A DNA stretch of 32,000 bases from Nitrososphaerota archaeon. Its GTDB lineage: Archaea; Thermoproteota; Nitrososphaeria; Nitrososphaerales; UBA57. The notes under the pieces were generated by a model. That model was not told the origin of the DNA. It saw only the letters and a list, made by a program, of their open reading frames with translations, and ran no database searches. Shown piece by piece: positions 17,366 to 25,908 of this stretch. Location: the NCBI GenBank assembly GCA_016871995.1, contig VHBL01000002.1, positions 30,001 to 62,000 of the forward strand, read 5' to 3'. The position numbers and the translations under genes were made by a program. Within the stretch, counting starts at the first letter, position 1, and the number at the start of each line of letters is the position of its first letter.

Positions 17366-18979
17366 TTAAAGCGCTTTTGATACGTAAGGACCATCAGATT
17401 CGTAGCCTAACTTCCTGTAATATTCTCGAGTTCCCAAAGCGCTAATCACGACCATCTTCTTGGCATCGAATTCTTCAGCCGCTATGCGTTCGGCCTCCTC
17501 CATCAAAGCCCTCCCGAACCCTTTATGCTGCCACGAAAGGTCCTCCTTTTCTCCGACCGGGACAACAGGTCCATATACATGCAGTTCCCTAACGAGCAAG
17601 GCATTGTGGCCAGCAATTTCAGGCCTGTGCGCTCTTTCAGATGGTACCCTTAACCTTAGGAATCCAATTAGAGCGTCAACCGACTTATCGTCAAACGAAA
17701 GAAAGATCTCCTTGCCTCCAGACGCATCATAATTAATTCTGTTCATCACTATATCGTCTGGTTTGAACCTGATCTTTTCCTTGATTTGTTTGAGACCTAC
17801 CTCTCTGCAGCGTATGCAATTGCACGAATACCCTCTCCTCTTCAGCTCCTCAGCAACAAGTTCACGCAGGTTACTCTTCTTGACGCCATCGACGATCATC
17901 TTTGCAGGTATATCCCTCTGAATCCTCATTATCCTAACCCATTTAGGAATGTGTTTTTTGGCTTCTGCAATTATCTGCACCATATCTTCCACGCCGTAGG
18001 GCTTGTACTTTCCTTCGAGCCACCACTGGTAGAGGTCTGCAGATGCGATGAGCAGAGTCGGGTAAATCTTCAGCATGTCAGGCCTAAAGTTTTCATCGTC
18101 GAAGAGCTGCCTTATGGATGCGATGTCTTTTTCAGGAGTGGAGCCTGGCAGCCCAGGCATCATGTGAGCGACTATTTTGTAGGCAGAATCCTTTGCTACC
18201 TGAAAAGATTCAACAACATCTGCGACAGTATGCCCTCTTCGCATTATTCGGTAGATTTCATCGTCAAGTACTTGTACTCCGATTTCGACCCTCGTCGCTC
18301 CGTAGCTAAGCATGTTGTCAACATGCTTCTGCCTGCACCAGTCTGGCCTGGTTTCTATTGTAATGCCTACATTTCTAGTTGGCGCGGTCTCTGCAACGAG
18401 CTTGGCTTCTTCCAGGCTAGGCGATTCTATTCCGTTAAGTGCGTCCAATGCACCCTTTATGAAACCTCGCTGGTAATCTGCGGGCGTACTCAGAAAAGTT
18501 CCTCCCATTACGATTAGTTCAGCCTTGCCGAGCTTGTGACCTGCAGACTTTAGCTGTTTTAATCTAGAATGTACCTGCCTTGCAGAATCATAGTCATTCT
18601 GCTTCCCTCTTAACGCTGCTGGCTCATGACCAGTGTAAGCTTGGGGCGAGTTGTTTCTTACTCCGCCTGGACAGTAGACGCATACTCCATGAGGACAGGG
18701 ATGGGGTCTCGTCATGATTGCTATCACTGCAACTCCAGAGGCAGTCCTTGTTGGTTTTACCACCAAGACTGACCGGACACGTTCTTTATCCTCACTAGGA
18801 ACTTGCTCGAGTATCGCTGCATTTCCGGGCATTCTTGCCAAGGAGTATTTCATGCACGCATTTCTTCTGATACTCTCAAACTCAACTTTCGAAACTTTCC
18901 GCTCGACCAGAATCCCCGCTATCTCCCTGCAAGCCATCAGAAATTTTTCATCTTCAGAAATGTCGCTCTGGACGAGCAT
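17366..18979 (-). CDS. elp3: Elp3-family radical SAM/GNAT tRNA-modification enzyme
   Basis: Radical-SAM cluster region PHPCPHGVCVYCPGG, the Elp3 core and a C-terminal GNAT domain (HKGFGRALMEEAERIA). Confidence 0.92.
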   Translation of the reverse strand: MLVQSDISEDEKFLMACREIAGILVERKVSKVEFESIRRNACMKYSLARMPGNAAILEQVPSEDKERVRSVLVVKPTRTASGVAVIAIMTRPHPCPHGVCVYCPGGVRNNSPQAYTGHEPAALRGKQNDYDSARQVHSRLKQLKSAGHKLGKAELIVMGGTFLSTPADYQRGFIKGALDALNGIESPSLEEAKLVAETAPTRNVGITIETRPDWCRQKHVDNMLSYGATRVEIGVQVLDDEIYRIMRRGHTVADVVESFQVAKDSAYKIVAHMMPGLPGSTPEKDIASIRQLFDDENFRPDMLKIYPTLLIASADLYQWWLEGKYKPYGVEDMVQIIAEAKKHIPKWVRIMRIQRDIPAKMIVDGVKKSNLRELVAEELKRRGYSCNCIRCREVGLKQIKEKIRFKPDDIVMNRINYDASGGKEIFLSFDDKSVDALIGFLRLRVPSERAHRPEIAGHNALLVRELHVYGPVVPVGEKEDLSWQHKGFGRALMEEAERIAAEEFDAKKMVVISALGTREYYRKLGYESDGPYVSKAL

Positions 18980-19011
18980 CAGAATCCCTGCAAAACGCTC
19001 ATGCTAAAAGC

Positions 19012-19506
19012 CTACCTCTGGTTCCTGCGTTTCCTTTTAGCAGACAGGCCAAAATATGTAATGCCCAGACCAAGTATCGCGACTATCGCTCCCAGAGAGC
19101 CCAAACCATAATCAACAACCCCTGTTATCCCGATCACTACGGCGGCCTTTCCTTTGTTATTGTCTATTATGAAATGTAACGCGTTGCTACTTGGGGTCAG
19201 CTGCGTGCTGAGAGATCCAGTCATGTTCGGCCTTGAAATGATGCCTTCAAACGGCCTGCGACCCTGATATAGCTCTCTATTTGCACTGTCTAGAAGGTAA
19301 AAATCTGCACTGCCGTTCACTATTACAGCCTCTACCCTCAGCACTTTTTGCCCGAATGGATAATCCTGAAGGGTTCTTGAATAGGTAAGTGTCTGCTGGG
19401 CAGCAAGGGATCTGTTGTCAGAAACAATTGTTTGGGTAGAATAGTAAGAAACCATGATGCCAGCCATAAGGACAAGCCAGCCCAGTGCAAGAAGTCTCAG
19501 ATCCAA
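19012..19506 (-). CDS. hypothetical membrane-anchored protein (N- and C-terminal TM segments, basic tail KRKRRNQR)
   Basis: 164-aa ORF with a TTG start. It has hydrophobic ends and a central Ser/Thr/Asn-rich domain. No family recognised. Confidence 0.5.
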   Translation of the reverse strand: MDLRLLALGWLVLMAGIMVSYYSTQTIVSDNRSLAAQQTLTYSRTLQDYPFGQKVLRVEAVIVNGSADFYLLDSANRELYQGRRPFEGIISRPNMTGSLSTQLTPSSNALHFIIDNNKGKAAVVIGITGVVDYGLGSLGAIVAILGLGITYFGLSAKRKRRNQR

Positions 19507-19562
19507 GGTGCCTTCTGACCTTTCTGATCTTTGCTATATAGCGATATCCTTGAAAAGGAAGA

Positions 19563-19730
19563 CTAAAATTTCATCCAGTTCTGGCCAGGCTTTCTCTTCA
19601 GGGTGTAGCGCTTAACAAATGTGCTCCTGCTCCTGACCTTGGGTACGGGGGAGTGCCTTGGCTTTGCCTGAAGCTTCGGCGTCTGGCCTCTGACCTTTCC
19701 AGCCTTTGTCATCGAGCCGTGCGTTGGCAT
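19563..19730 (-). CDS. rps30e: 30S ribosomal protein eS30 (S30e)
   Basis: Not in the ORF track (55 codons). A hand translation gives [70 protein letters not shown] is the eS30 signature (compare the eukaryotic [17 protein letters not shown]). Confidence 0.8.
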   Translation of the reverse strand: MPTHGSMTKAGKVRGQTPKLQAKPRHSPVPKVRSRSTFVKRYTLKRKPGQNWMKF

Positions 19731-20036
19731 AATCTCTCTGTACTTAGTTGCATTTAAGGGGCCTTAAAAGTCTTAAGGACTCGTAGAATAGGGTACCCAT
19801 CTGATTAGCTTCTATGGAGGAAAGCTACAATATAGCCAGAACATAGGTACCTATGTATAACCACTGTCCCCTTACATAAACTCAAAGAGTTACAAAATAT
19901 CCTATATGCAAAAATCGCCCCCTATATTGAAAGGGATGAAGCGAACAAAAAATGAAAATTTTTCATCACTCCTGATAATCAACCCTGAAAACCGGCGACG
20001 GGATTTAAATCAACATTAATAGCTTGCACAGTAGAA

Positions 20037-20468
20037 ATGACCAACAGAATTTTAGTCGCTGTAGATGGCTCGCAGGCCTCTGTAGAAGCTGTAAGGGTAG
20101 CTGCACGGATTGCGAGAGAGAACTGGAAAGAATTGATAGTATTGAACGTCCTTGAATCTTCAAGTTCAGTAGACAGGGCCCACATCGAACTGGAGCAATA
20201 CTTCAAGTCTGCAGCAGCATTTGAGCTAAATGGGGTAAGATACCGCACCATAGTCGAAACGGGCGACCAGAAGAAAAAGGTCTTGGGCATTGCAGAGCTC
20301 ATGGGTGCTGAAATGATAGTAATCGGCTTTATCGGGTTAAAGGGCGTAGGCAAGTTCAGGGCTCTGGGTGATGTTGCAAGAGCAATCATCGAGGAATCAA
20401 GGATACCCGTGCTGGTAGTGCCTCAAGAGCAGAAAGAAGTTCGAGCCGCTCCATACCAACTAGCCTAA
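20037..20468 (+). CDS. universal stress protein (UspA family)
   Basis: ILVAVDGSQASVEAV..., ...MIVIGFIGLKGVGKFRALGDVARAIIEESRIPVLVV is the typical USP fold pattern. Confidence 0.85.
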   Translation: MTNRILVAVDGSQASVEAVRVAARIARENWKELIVLNVLESSSSVDRAHIELEQYFKSAAAFELNGVRYRTIVETGDQKKKVLGIAELMGAEMIVIGFIGLKGVGKFRALGDVARAIIEESRIPVLVVPQEQKEVRAAPYQLA

Positions 20469-20581
20469 TGCAAGTGCTTCTCTTGCAGGTGCTGCCTGTA
20501 GTGGCACTCACGGCATAACGGCTCATTACAGTACTTGCACCCTGCAGCAGCCAATCTATCAGGATGGTTCCTACAGTACAC
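20465..20581 (-). CDS. putative small zinc-finger protein (38 aa, B-box-like Cys/His spacing)
   Basis: A hand translation from GTG 20581 gives (M)YCRNHPDRLAAAGCKYCNEPLCRECHYRQHLQEKHLH*. It has 5 Cys and 6 His arranged C-x2-H-x8-C-x2-C-x4-C-x2-C-x4-H-x4-H. It sits 38 nt downstream of the DsrE-like gene on the same strand. The start codon is uncertain: there is no in-frame ATG and no obvious SD. Confidence 0.45.
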   Translation of the reverse strand: MYCRNHPDRLAAAGCKYCNEPLCRECHYRQHLQEKHLH

Positions 20582-20619
20582 GTGTACAATATACCGCTCG
20601 TGGATATTAACTGATATGT

Positions 20620-21081
20620 TTAGACGAATAAGGTTATGGCATCCGGGTCCGAAGCATAGTCAAGATACGTAGATGCGCCTATTATGTCGTCGACCTCTTC
20701 AAGCAGTTGATCTTTTGTTGTGCCGAAGACGCCCATCGTCGGAGAGCACGCATGAATCTTCACGCCCATATCCCTCGCCCTCTTCAGCATATCCTTCACA
20801 GTAGGCATTCCTCCCTTTTTCAATAACGCTTGCAGCTCTTCCGTCTTTAGCCCAAGATCTGCTGATGTAACCAGATTGTCCGCGGTCTGCTTTGCCAATA
20901 ACTTCATGCCTCCAAATGTAAAGTAAAGGTGAACTTGCATGCCTTGAGCCGCGCCAGTTGTAGCCAGAATCAGAGGAGGATAAAGGCCGTCAACCGTCCC
21001 CTTGCTCACTACTATTACCAGCTTATTCTTCTTCGCTTGAGGAGCTCCATGCTCTTTTGTGGACTGCATATCAAGAACCAT
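20620..21081 (-). CDS. DsrE/DsrF-like family protein (COG2210-type)
   Basis: KLVIVVSKGTVDGLYPPLILATTGAAQGMQVHLYFTFGGMKLL ... GVKIHACSPTMGVFG follows the DsrE-like sulfur-relay/peroxiredoxin-like family pattern, with the conserved Cys context. Confidence 0.7.
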   Translation of the reverse strand: MVLDMQSTKEHGAPQAKKNKLVIVVSKGTVDGLYPPLILATTGAAQGMQVHLYFTFGGMKLLAKQTADNLVTSADLGLKTEELQALLKKGGMPTVKDMLKRARDMGVKIHACSPTMGVFGTTKDQLLEEVDDIIGASTYLDYASDPDAITLFV

Positions 21082-21104
21082 GTAATAACGGCGTTATTAA
21101 AGTC

Positions 21105-21647
21105 TTAATGACCTGCTTCCTTTTGAGTAGGGTTAGCCCAGTCTGACGGCCAAATCTTCTCTTTTGTAGCCCAGATACTTCGCCATACAGGGAGGGTAGG
21201 CTCGACGAACCTTGCAACCTTAAAGTCCTTGAAGCCTGGACCCCATGGCGTTATAGGGAAGAGAAGTAGTAGCAGGCCAAGAAGAGTTTCCTTGAAGGCC
21301 CTTATCGGGGCATACCTTGATACTGTAATTACGTTCTTCTCTCTCTCATAGAAGAAGACTGTAAGCGAAATTATCAGAAATATCAAGCCGGGGATGAGGA
21401 TCTTTGGCAGGACTGCGAATGTTACGGGTATCATGATCGTTGGGACGGCCTTTGTAGGATCTATTAGAGAAACGATTAGCTCGTTAGGAGTTATCATCTT
21501 GTCTATGCCCAGAGCCTTCAGTGTGTCAGGAAGAATTATCAGTAGAAAGTTTGCCAGTAGCAAGGGGACAAACAATATCAGCCAGAAGACCAACTCTATT
21601 ACCGAAGTGAGCCATTTTTCTAGGCTAAAGTGAACTTCCTCTGACAT
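21105..21647 (-). CDS. hypothetical integral membrane protein
   Basis: 180-aa ORF with several hydrophobic helices, 23 nt upstream of the DsrE-like gene on the same strand. No family recognised. Confidence 0.55.
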   Translation of the reverse strand: MSEEVHFSLEKWLTSVIELVFWLILFVPLLLANFLLIILPDTLKALGIDKMITPNELIVSLIDPTKAVPTIMIPVTFAVLPKILIPGLIFLIISLTVFFYEREKNVITVSRYAPIRAFKETLLGLLLLLFPITPWGPGFKDFKVARFVEPTLPVWRSIWATKEKIWPSDWANPTQKEAGH

Positions 21648-21747
21648 TATAGCAAGGCACTTTCTAGGATAAAAATAAACTTATAGCTTTGCGGTACTTT
21701 TGGTAGGAACCCGTAACTTTTTATCCCCGCAAGCTGCTGCAGAGACG

Positions 21748-23019
21748 ATGGTTACATTCATACCACTAGGCACAACCATCATCGCAGGTGCTTTCACCGT
21801 AATTCTTGCACGACAGTACTTGGCTAGAAGGAAAATCCATCAGTTGATCTGGACTGCAGCCATGAGTCTTTTCACGGTTGCCGTATTTGTGGAGTTTGCC
21901 ATGAGCACGGAATTCATAGGTCCATCTGCATTATTCTTCAAACTGTATTATCTGTCCATAGGCCCTCAGGTAGGGCTCCTTGGCGCAGGAGTTCTGTATC
22001 TTCTGTCTCCAAAGTGGGGCAGGGTCTCTCTTTATGTGGTTCTTGGGCTTTCAGCAGTTCTTCTGGCTATGGGAAGCACTGCCCATGTTGACCTTACATC
22101 ATTCAAGGGCCGTTTTCAAGAATCAGTCGCTTATGGCATCAGGGAAGGGGTAAGAGCATTTCCCACTCCCGTCAGGACGCTTACTATTCTGCTTAACATC
22201 ATAGGAGGGACGCTGCTCATAGGAGGGGCACTATTTAGCTTTGCAGTCGACAGGAAAAGGTACTACGCCCTTTTCCTAGCCGCTGGAGGCATTCTTAATG
22301 CTATTGGAGGCTATCTACTGGGAATTGTAGGGAATCCAGATGTCTTCTTTGAATTCGAATTTCTTGGCGCAGTGACACTGTTTACTGGCTTTATGATGAG
22401 CTACCGTTCCAGAGTAGGCATTCCTCTGGGCTTGGAAGAAGACTCGATGATGGTTAGCATGAGGGCTAAGATGGTGGCTATGGCTGGAGTGCTTTCTGGG
22501 TTCTATTTGATGTACGCCTTCATGTCGAGCGTGACACTCGGAAGGTTCTTCCAAGGAATTGATATCCACTTTGTCAGAGCCCTCGTGCTCACCATACTTG
22601 TAGTAAGGCTTGGGAGACCTTGGGGTGCAAGCACGCTAGGTTTCATAAGTGCCATCTTGCTCGCCGTAGCCCCATTCAGCAGCCCCGACAAAATCTTCCT
22701 GATACCTGCAACGCTTGCAGCAGGCGTAGTGTTTGATCTGGTCTTGATGGCAGGCAAGTACGAAGAGAACGTGCTGAAAAAGTCCAGAATAGGGATCGCT
22801 GCGGCTCTGAGTGGTCTAGCAGAAAGCTTGATAGTGGTTGGAGGGTTAATATCAGTAGGATGGCCTTTTGCGGACTCTGCAGCATTCCTTCAATTTGCTC
22901 TAGGCACGGCTTCGCCTATACTTCTGTTTACGTTCCTTGTAGGCAGAAACGTCGTAATGAGCCTGCTGGGAGCATCGCTTGGCAGGGTAGTCCTTAAGAG
23001 GATGCGACGTTCAGAATAG
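21748..23019 (+). CDS. hypothetical polytopic membrane protein (two-module, about 423 aa)
   Basis: The track ORF starts at TTG 21700; the first ATG is at 21748. There are about 12 hydrophobic segments. The C-terminal ~185 aa (…LGRPWGASTLGFISAILLAV…) loosely resemble ECF-type S-component/small-substrate carrier modules. Function unknown. Confidence 0.55.
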   Translation: MVTFIPLGTTIIAGAFTVILARQYLARRKIHQLIWTAAMSLFTVAVFVEFAMSTEFIGPSALFFKLYYLSIGPQVGLLGAGVLYLLSPKWGRVSLYVVLGLSAVLLAMGSTAHVDLTSFKGRFQESVAYGIREGVRAFPTPVRTLTILLNIIGGTLLIGGALFSFAVDRKRYYALFLAAGGILNAIGGYLLGIVGNPDVFFEFEFLGAVTLFTGFMMSYRSRVGIPLGLEEDSMMVSMRAKMVAMAGVLSGFYLMYAFMSSVTLGRFFQGIDIHFVRALVLTILVVRLGRPWGASTLGFISAILLAVAPFSSPDKIFLIPATLAAGVVFDLVLMAGKYEENVLKKSRIGIAAALSGLAESLIVVGGLISVGWPFADSAAFLQFALGTASPILLFTFLVGRNVVMSLLGASLGRVVLKRMRRSE

Positions 23020-24030
23020 TCATTCCACTTGCTCTTTGGGCCACATCATCTTTCTTAGCTTCTTGCCGACGATTTCAATAGGGTGGTCTTCAATTTCTTC
23101 CATATACTTGTCAAAGGACTTCTTGCCTTCCCGCTTGTAAGTCTCCACCCACTCCCTCTCGAACTTGCCAGACTGTATATCATCCAGAGCCTTCTTCATG
23201 GCATTACGCGAGGCTTCCCCAACGACTCTTTGCCCTCTTGTCAGCCCTCCAAACCTTGCAGTCTCACTTACCCTCCTGTACATTCCTGCAATGCCATATC
23301 GTTGTATCAGATCAACTATCAGTTTCAGTTCATGTAGACACTCGAAATACGCAATTTCTGGCTGATAACCAGCTTCCACAAGGGTTTCAAAACCCGTCCT
23401 TATCAGCCTGTCAACACCTCCGCATAAATCGACCTGCTCGCCAAACCAATCAGTTTCCACTTCTTCCTTGAACGTCGTCTCTAAGATTCCAGCCCTAGAG
23501 CATCCAGTCCCCTTCGCAATCCCCAGCACCCTGTCCCAAGCCCTCTTCGTATAATCCTGTTGAACCGCTACTAGTCCTGGAGTTCCAAATCCTTCAAGGT
23601 ACAATTCTCTTACCCTCTTGCCAGGGGCTTTTGGCGCGAGCATTATGACATCGACAGATTTTGGAGGCTCTATCCACTTCCAGTGTATAGCTGCACCGTG
23701 TGAGAAGCTCAACGCATCGCCTTTCTTGACAAAAGGCTCGATCTCCTTCTTGTAAGTCGTTCCCTGCTCCATGTCCGGTATGAGTATGTGGATTATGTCG
23801 GCTTTTTGAGCTGCATCTGCAAGCTCCATAACTTTATGCCCATCCTTTGCCGCCTGCTCCCAGCTGTTGCCGCCTCTTCTTGCACCAACTATCACCTTTA
23901 GGCCCGAATCCTTTAGGTTGCAGGCTTGAGCGGCGCCCTGAATCCCGTATCCCATTACAGCAATAGTTTCATTCTTGATAGGGTTAAGAGAGATATCCTT
24001 GTCGTACCATGTCCTTGCCAAACCAATCAC
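23020..24030 (-). CDS. ilvC: ketol-acid reductoisomerase (class I)
   Basis: IAVMGYGIQGAAQACNLKDSGLKVIVG, HGAAIHW and the C-terminal knotted-domain pattern. GTG start; a TTG at 24021 is an alternative. Confidence 0.93.
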   Translation of the reverse strand: MIGLARTWYDKDISLNPIKNETIAVMGYGIQGAAQACNLKDSGLKVIVGARRGGNSWEQAAKDGHKVMELADAAQKADIIHILIPDMEQGTTYKKEIEPFVKKGDALSFSHGAAIHWKWIEPPKSVDVIMLAPKAPGKRVRELYLEGFGTPGLVAVQQDYTKRAWDRVLGIAKGTGCSRAGILETTFKEEVETDWFGEQVDLCGGVDRLIRTGFETLVEAGYQPEIAYFECLHELKLIVDLIQRYGIAGMYRRVSETARFGGLTRGQRVVGEASRNAMKKALDDIQSGKFEREWVETYKREGKKSFDKYMEEIEDHPIEIVGKKLRKMMWPKEQVE

Positions 24031-24159
24031 GCAGAACTGCCATTTTATTGTTATATCTTAAGCCTTGCTCTATTGATTGCTAGTTGTTAGCGCTGCTGGA
24101 TTAACAAGGTATGGACGGTGTTAACAATGAAATTAACAGAGATAAAGATTATATAACTA

Positions 24160-25155
24160 TTGTTATACTGCGGCTTCAGTGATTGCTTGCCAACAATTTC
24201 TGCAAAGGTAATTGCCCTAGCCGCAGCGGTGCTTCTTGTAGGAGTAGGCATAGGCGTCTCTCTGAACACTCTGTTAACGCCTCCTGCAATGCAATCCGCA
24301 GTACCCCAAAAAATTGTAATAGCTATACAGCCTACCCAGACGAGTGCTGAACTGACATCAAGGTCGCAACAGCTCGAGCAGTTCTTGGAATCAGAGGTAG
24401 GAGTTGACATAGAAATCTATGTACCGACAACCTATGCAGCAGTTGTGGAGGCATTGAGATTCGGTAATGCTGATGTGGCTTTCATGAGCGCATGGCCCAC
24501 GTATATAGCGACCAAGATGTCTAATGCAGATATCGTGCTGGCAGAAGTCAGGGAGGTTGTGATAGGAGAGGAGAAGAGGAATGAACCATTCTACTTTTCA
24601 TACTGGATAGCACCCAAGGAAAGCACTGTTAAGGCTCTAAGCGATTTGCAGGGCAAGAAAGTCTGCCTCCCAAGCCAGATATCCACTTCTGGTTATGTAG
24701 CCCCAATGGGCAGAATGGTTGAGCTTGGGCTAATTAAGAAACCCGATAATGGTGCGGTCGATCCAAAGGCGTTTTTTGGCGACGTTCTATATGGAGGAGG
24801 ATATTCGCAGTGTTGGACCGCATTGAAGGCAGGACAGGTTGATGCCACTGTCATTGCGGGGGACGTTGTGGAAAGTTTGTACCGTGAAGTGCTAGCCAAT
24901 ACTAGGGTCATTGAGCAGCAAGGCCCAATCCCTTCTCACGGGGTCGTATTCAGCAAGAATCTGAGCGAGCCTCTGCGCTCAAAGTTGACAAATGCACTGC
25001 TCAAGCTCGGCGAGCCCGAACATAGAGATCTAATGAAAAGGTTCATCTCAGGCATATTTGTAAGTTTCAAGGCGACTACTACGGAGGATCACATAGCTGG
25101 CCTGCAAAAATATCTAGGCCTGACAGGTTTAAAATTCACTGAAAGTCTGGGTTAG
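24160..25155 (+). CDS. phnD: phosphonate/phosphite ABC transporter substrate-binding protein with N-terminal membrane anchor
   Basis: The PhnD-family pattern (IAIQPTQTSAEL…YAAVVEALRFGNADVAFMSAWPTYIA…SGYVAP) follows a hydrophobic anchor. The start is uncertain (TTG 24160 or TTG 24187). Confidence 0.8.
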   Translation: MLYCGFSDCLPTISAKVIALAAAVLLVGVGIGVSLNTLLTPPAMQSAVPQKIVIAIQPTQTSAELTSRSQQLEQFLESEVGVDIEIYVPTTYAAVVEALRFGNADVAFMSAWPTYIATKMSNADIVLAEVREVVIGEEKRNEPFYFSYWIAPKESTVKALSDLQGKKVCLPSQISTSGYVAPMGRMVELGLIKKPDNGAVDPKAFFGDVLYGGGYSQCWTALKAGQVDATVIAGDVVESLYREVLANTRVIEQQGPIPSHGVVFSKNLSEPLRSKLTNALLKLGEPEHRDLMKRFISGIFVSFKATTTEDHIAGLQKYLGLTGLKFTESLG

Positions 25156-25161
25156 ATCTAG

Positions 25162-25899
25162 GTGCAGCTTACGGAGAATGTCGAAGATCCTGCCAAGGCA
25201 ATAGAACTGCAGGATATCTGGTTTTCCTATGACGGAAAGAACTACATTCTCAAGGAGGTAAACCTCAGCATAAAGCAAGGTTCGTCAACGGTCATAGTTG
25301 GGGCCAATGGCTGTGGTAAGACAACGCTGCTTAAGATTATCAACGGCCTTGTCAAGCCGCAGAAAGGATCGGTAAGAGTTTTTGGGATTAATGTAAACGG
25401 CAGACACGGGACAAATGCTAGGAGACACATAGGCTATGTTCCCCAGCAGCTCGGACTGCTAAGGAACTCTACAGTGCTCGAAAATGTACTTGTAGGAGGA
25501 CTGGCACGCATGGGTGCAGCGTCTGTACTGAGACTGTACCCACAAGAGGAGATCGATTACGCTATCAAATGCATCGACAAGGCCAAAATTGGGCACAAGG
25601 TTCACGAAAAGGTCTACAGGTTGAGCGGAGGTGAGAGGCAGAGGGTTGCAATAGCCCGAGCGTTGATGCAGAAGCCTTTGATAATTCTTGCGGACGAGTT
25701 TACCTCTGATCTGGACTACCGATCGGCGAACGAGATGATGGGTTTTATGAACGAGTTCAGGCGCGACGGCATGGCTCTGGTAATGGTAACTCACAACCCT
25801 GACCTTGCGTTTAGGCATGGAGAAACGATGGTCTTTTTGAAGGACGGCTCCAAGCTCTCCGAGGCTCCTGCAGGCAAATTTGACAAAACAGCAATCTAG
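25162..25899 (+). CDS. phnC: phosphonate ABC transporter ATP-binding protein
   Basis: Walker [13 protein letters not shown], signature [15 protein letters not shown] and Walker [12 protein letters not shown]; GTG start. It lies between phnD and phnE. Confidence 0.85.
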   Translation: MQLTENVEDPAKAIELQDIWFSYDGKNYILKEVNLSIKQGSSTVIVGANGCGKTTLLKIINGLVKPQKGSVRVFGINVNGRHGTNARRHIGYVPQQLGLLRNSTVLENVLVGGLARMGAASVLRLYPQEEIDYAIKCIDKAKIGHKVHEKVYRLSGGERQRVAIARALMQKPLIILADEFTSDLDYRSANEMMGFMNEFRRDGMALVMVTHNPDLAFRHGETMVFLKDGSKLSEAPAGKFDKTAI

Positions 25900-25908
25900 G
25901 GATACTGC

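Noticed and set aside
17786-18517. 243-aa plus-strand ORF
   Set aside because: It lies entirely antisense to the Elp3 gene, whose radical-SAM/GNAT homology is unambiguous. Its sequence is Cys/Tyr/Phe/His-rich and low-complexity, typical of a shadow ORF.
19731-20036. Possibility that the long intergenic region is a replication origin or SRP/RNase P RNA gene
   Set aside because: There are no ORB/mini-ORB-like repeats and no adjacent cdc6/orc1. The sequence is AT-rich and lacks the GC-rich helices expected for 7S or RNase P RNA.
20386-20589. 67-aa minus-strand track ORF (MYTCTVGTILIDW…)
   Set aside because: It overlaps the 3' end of usp by about 80 nt and has no motifs. A different frame of the same region gives the Cys/His-rich 38-codon ORF, which is far more protein-like.
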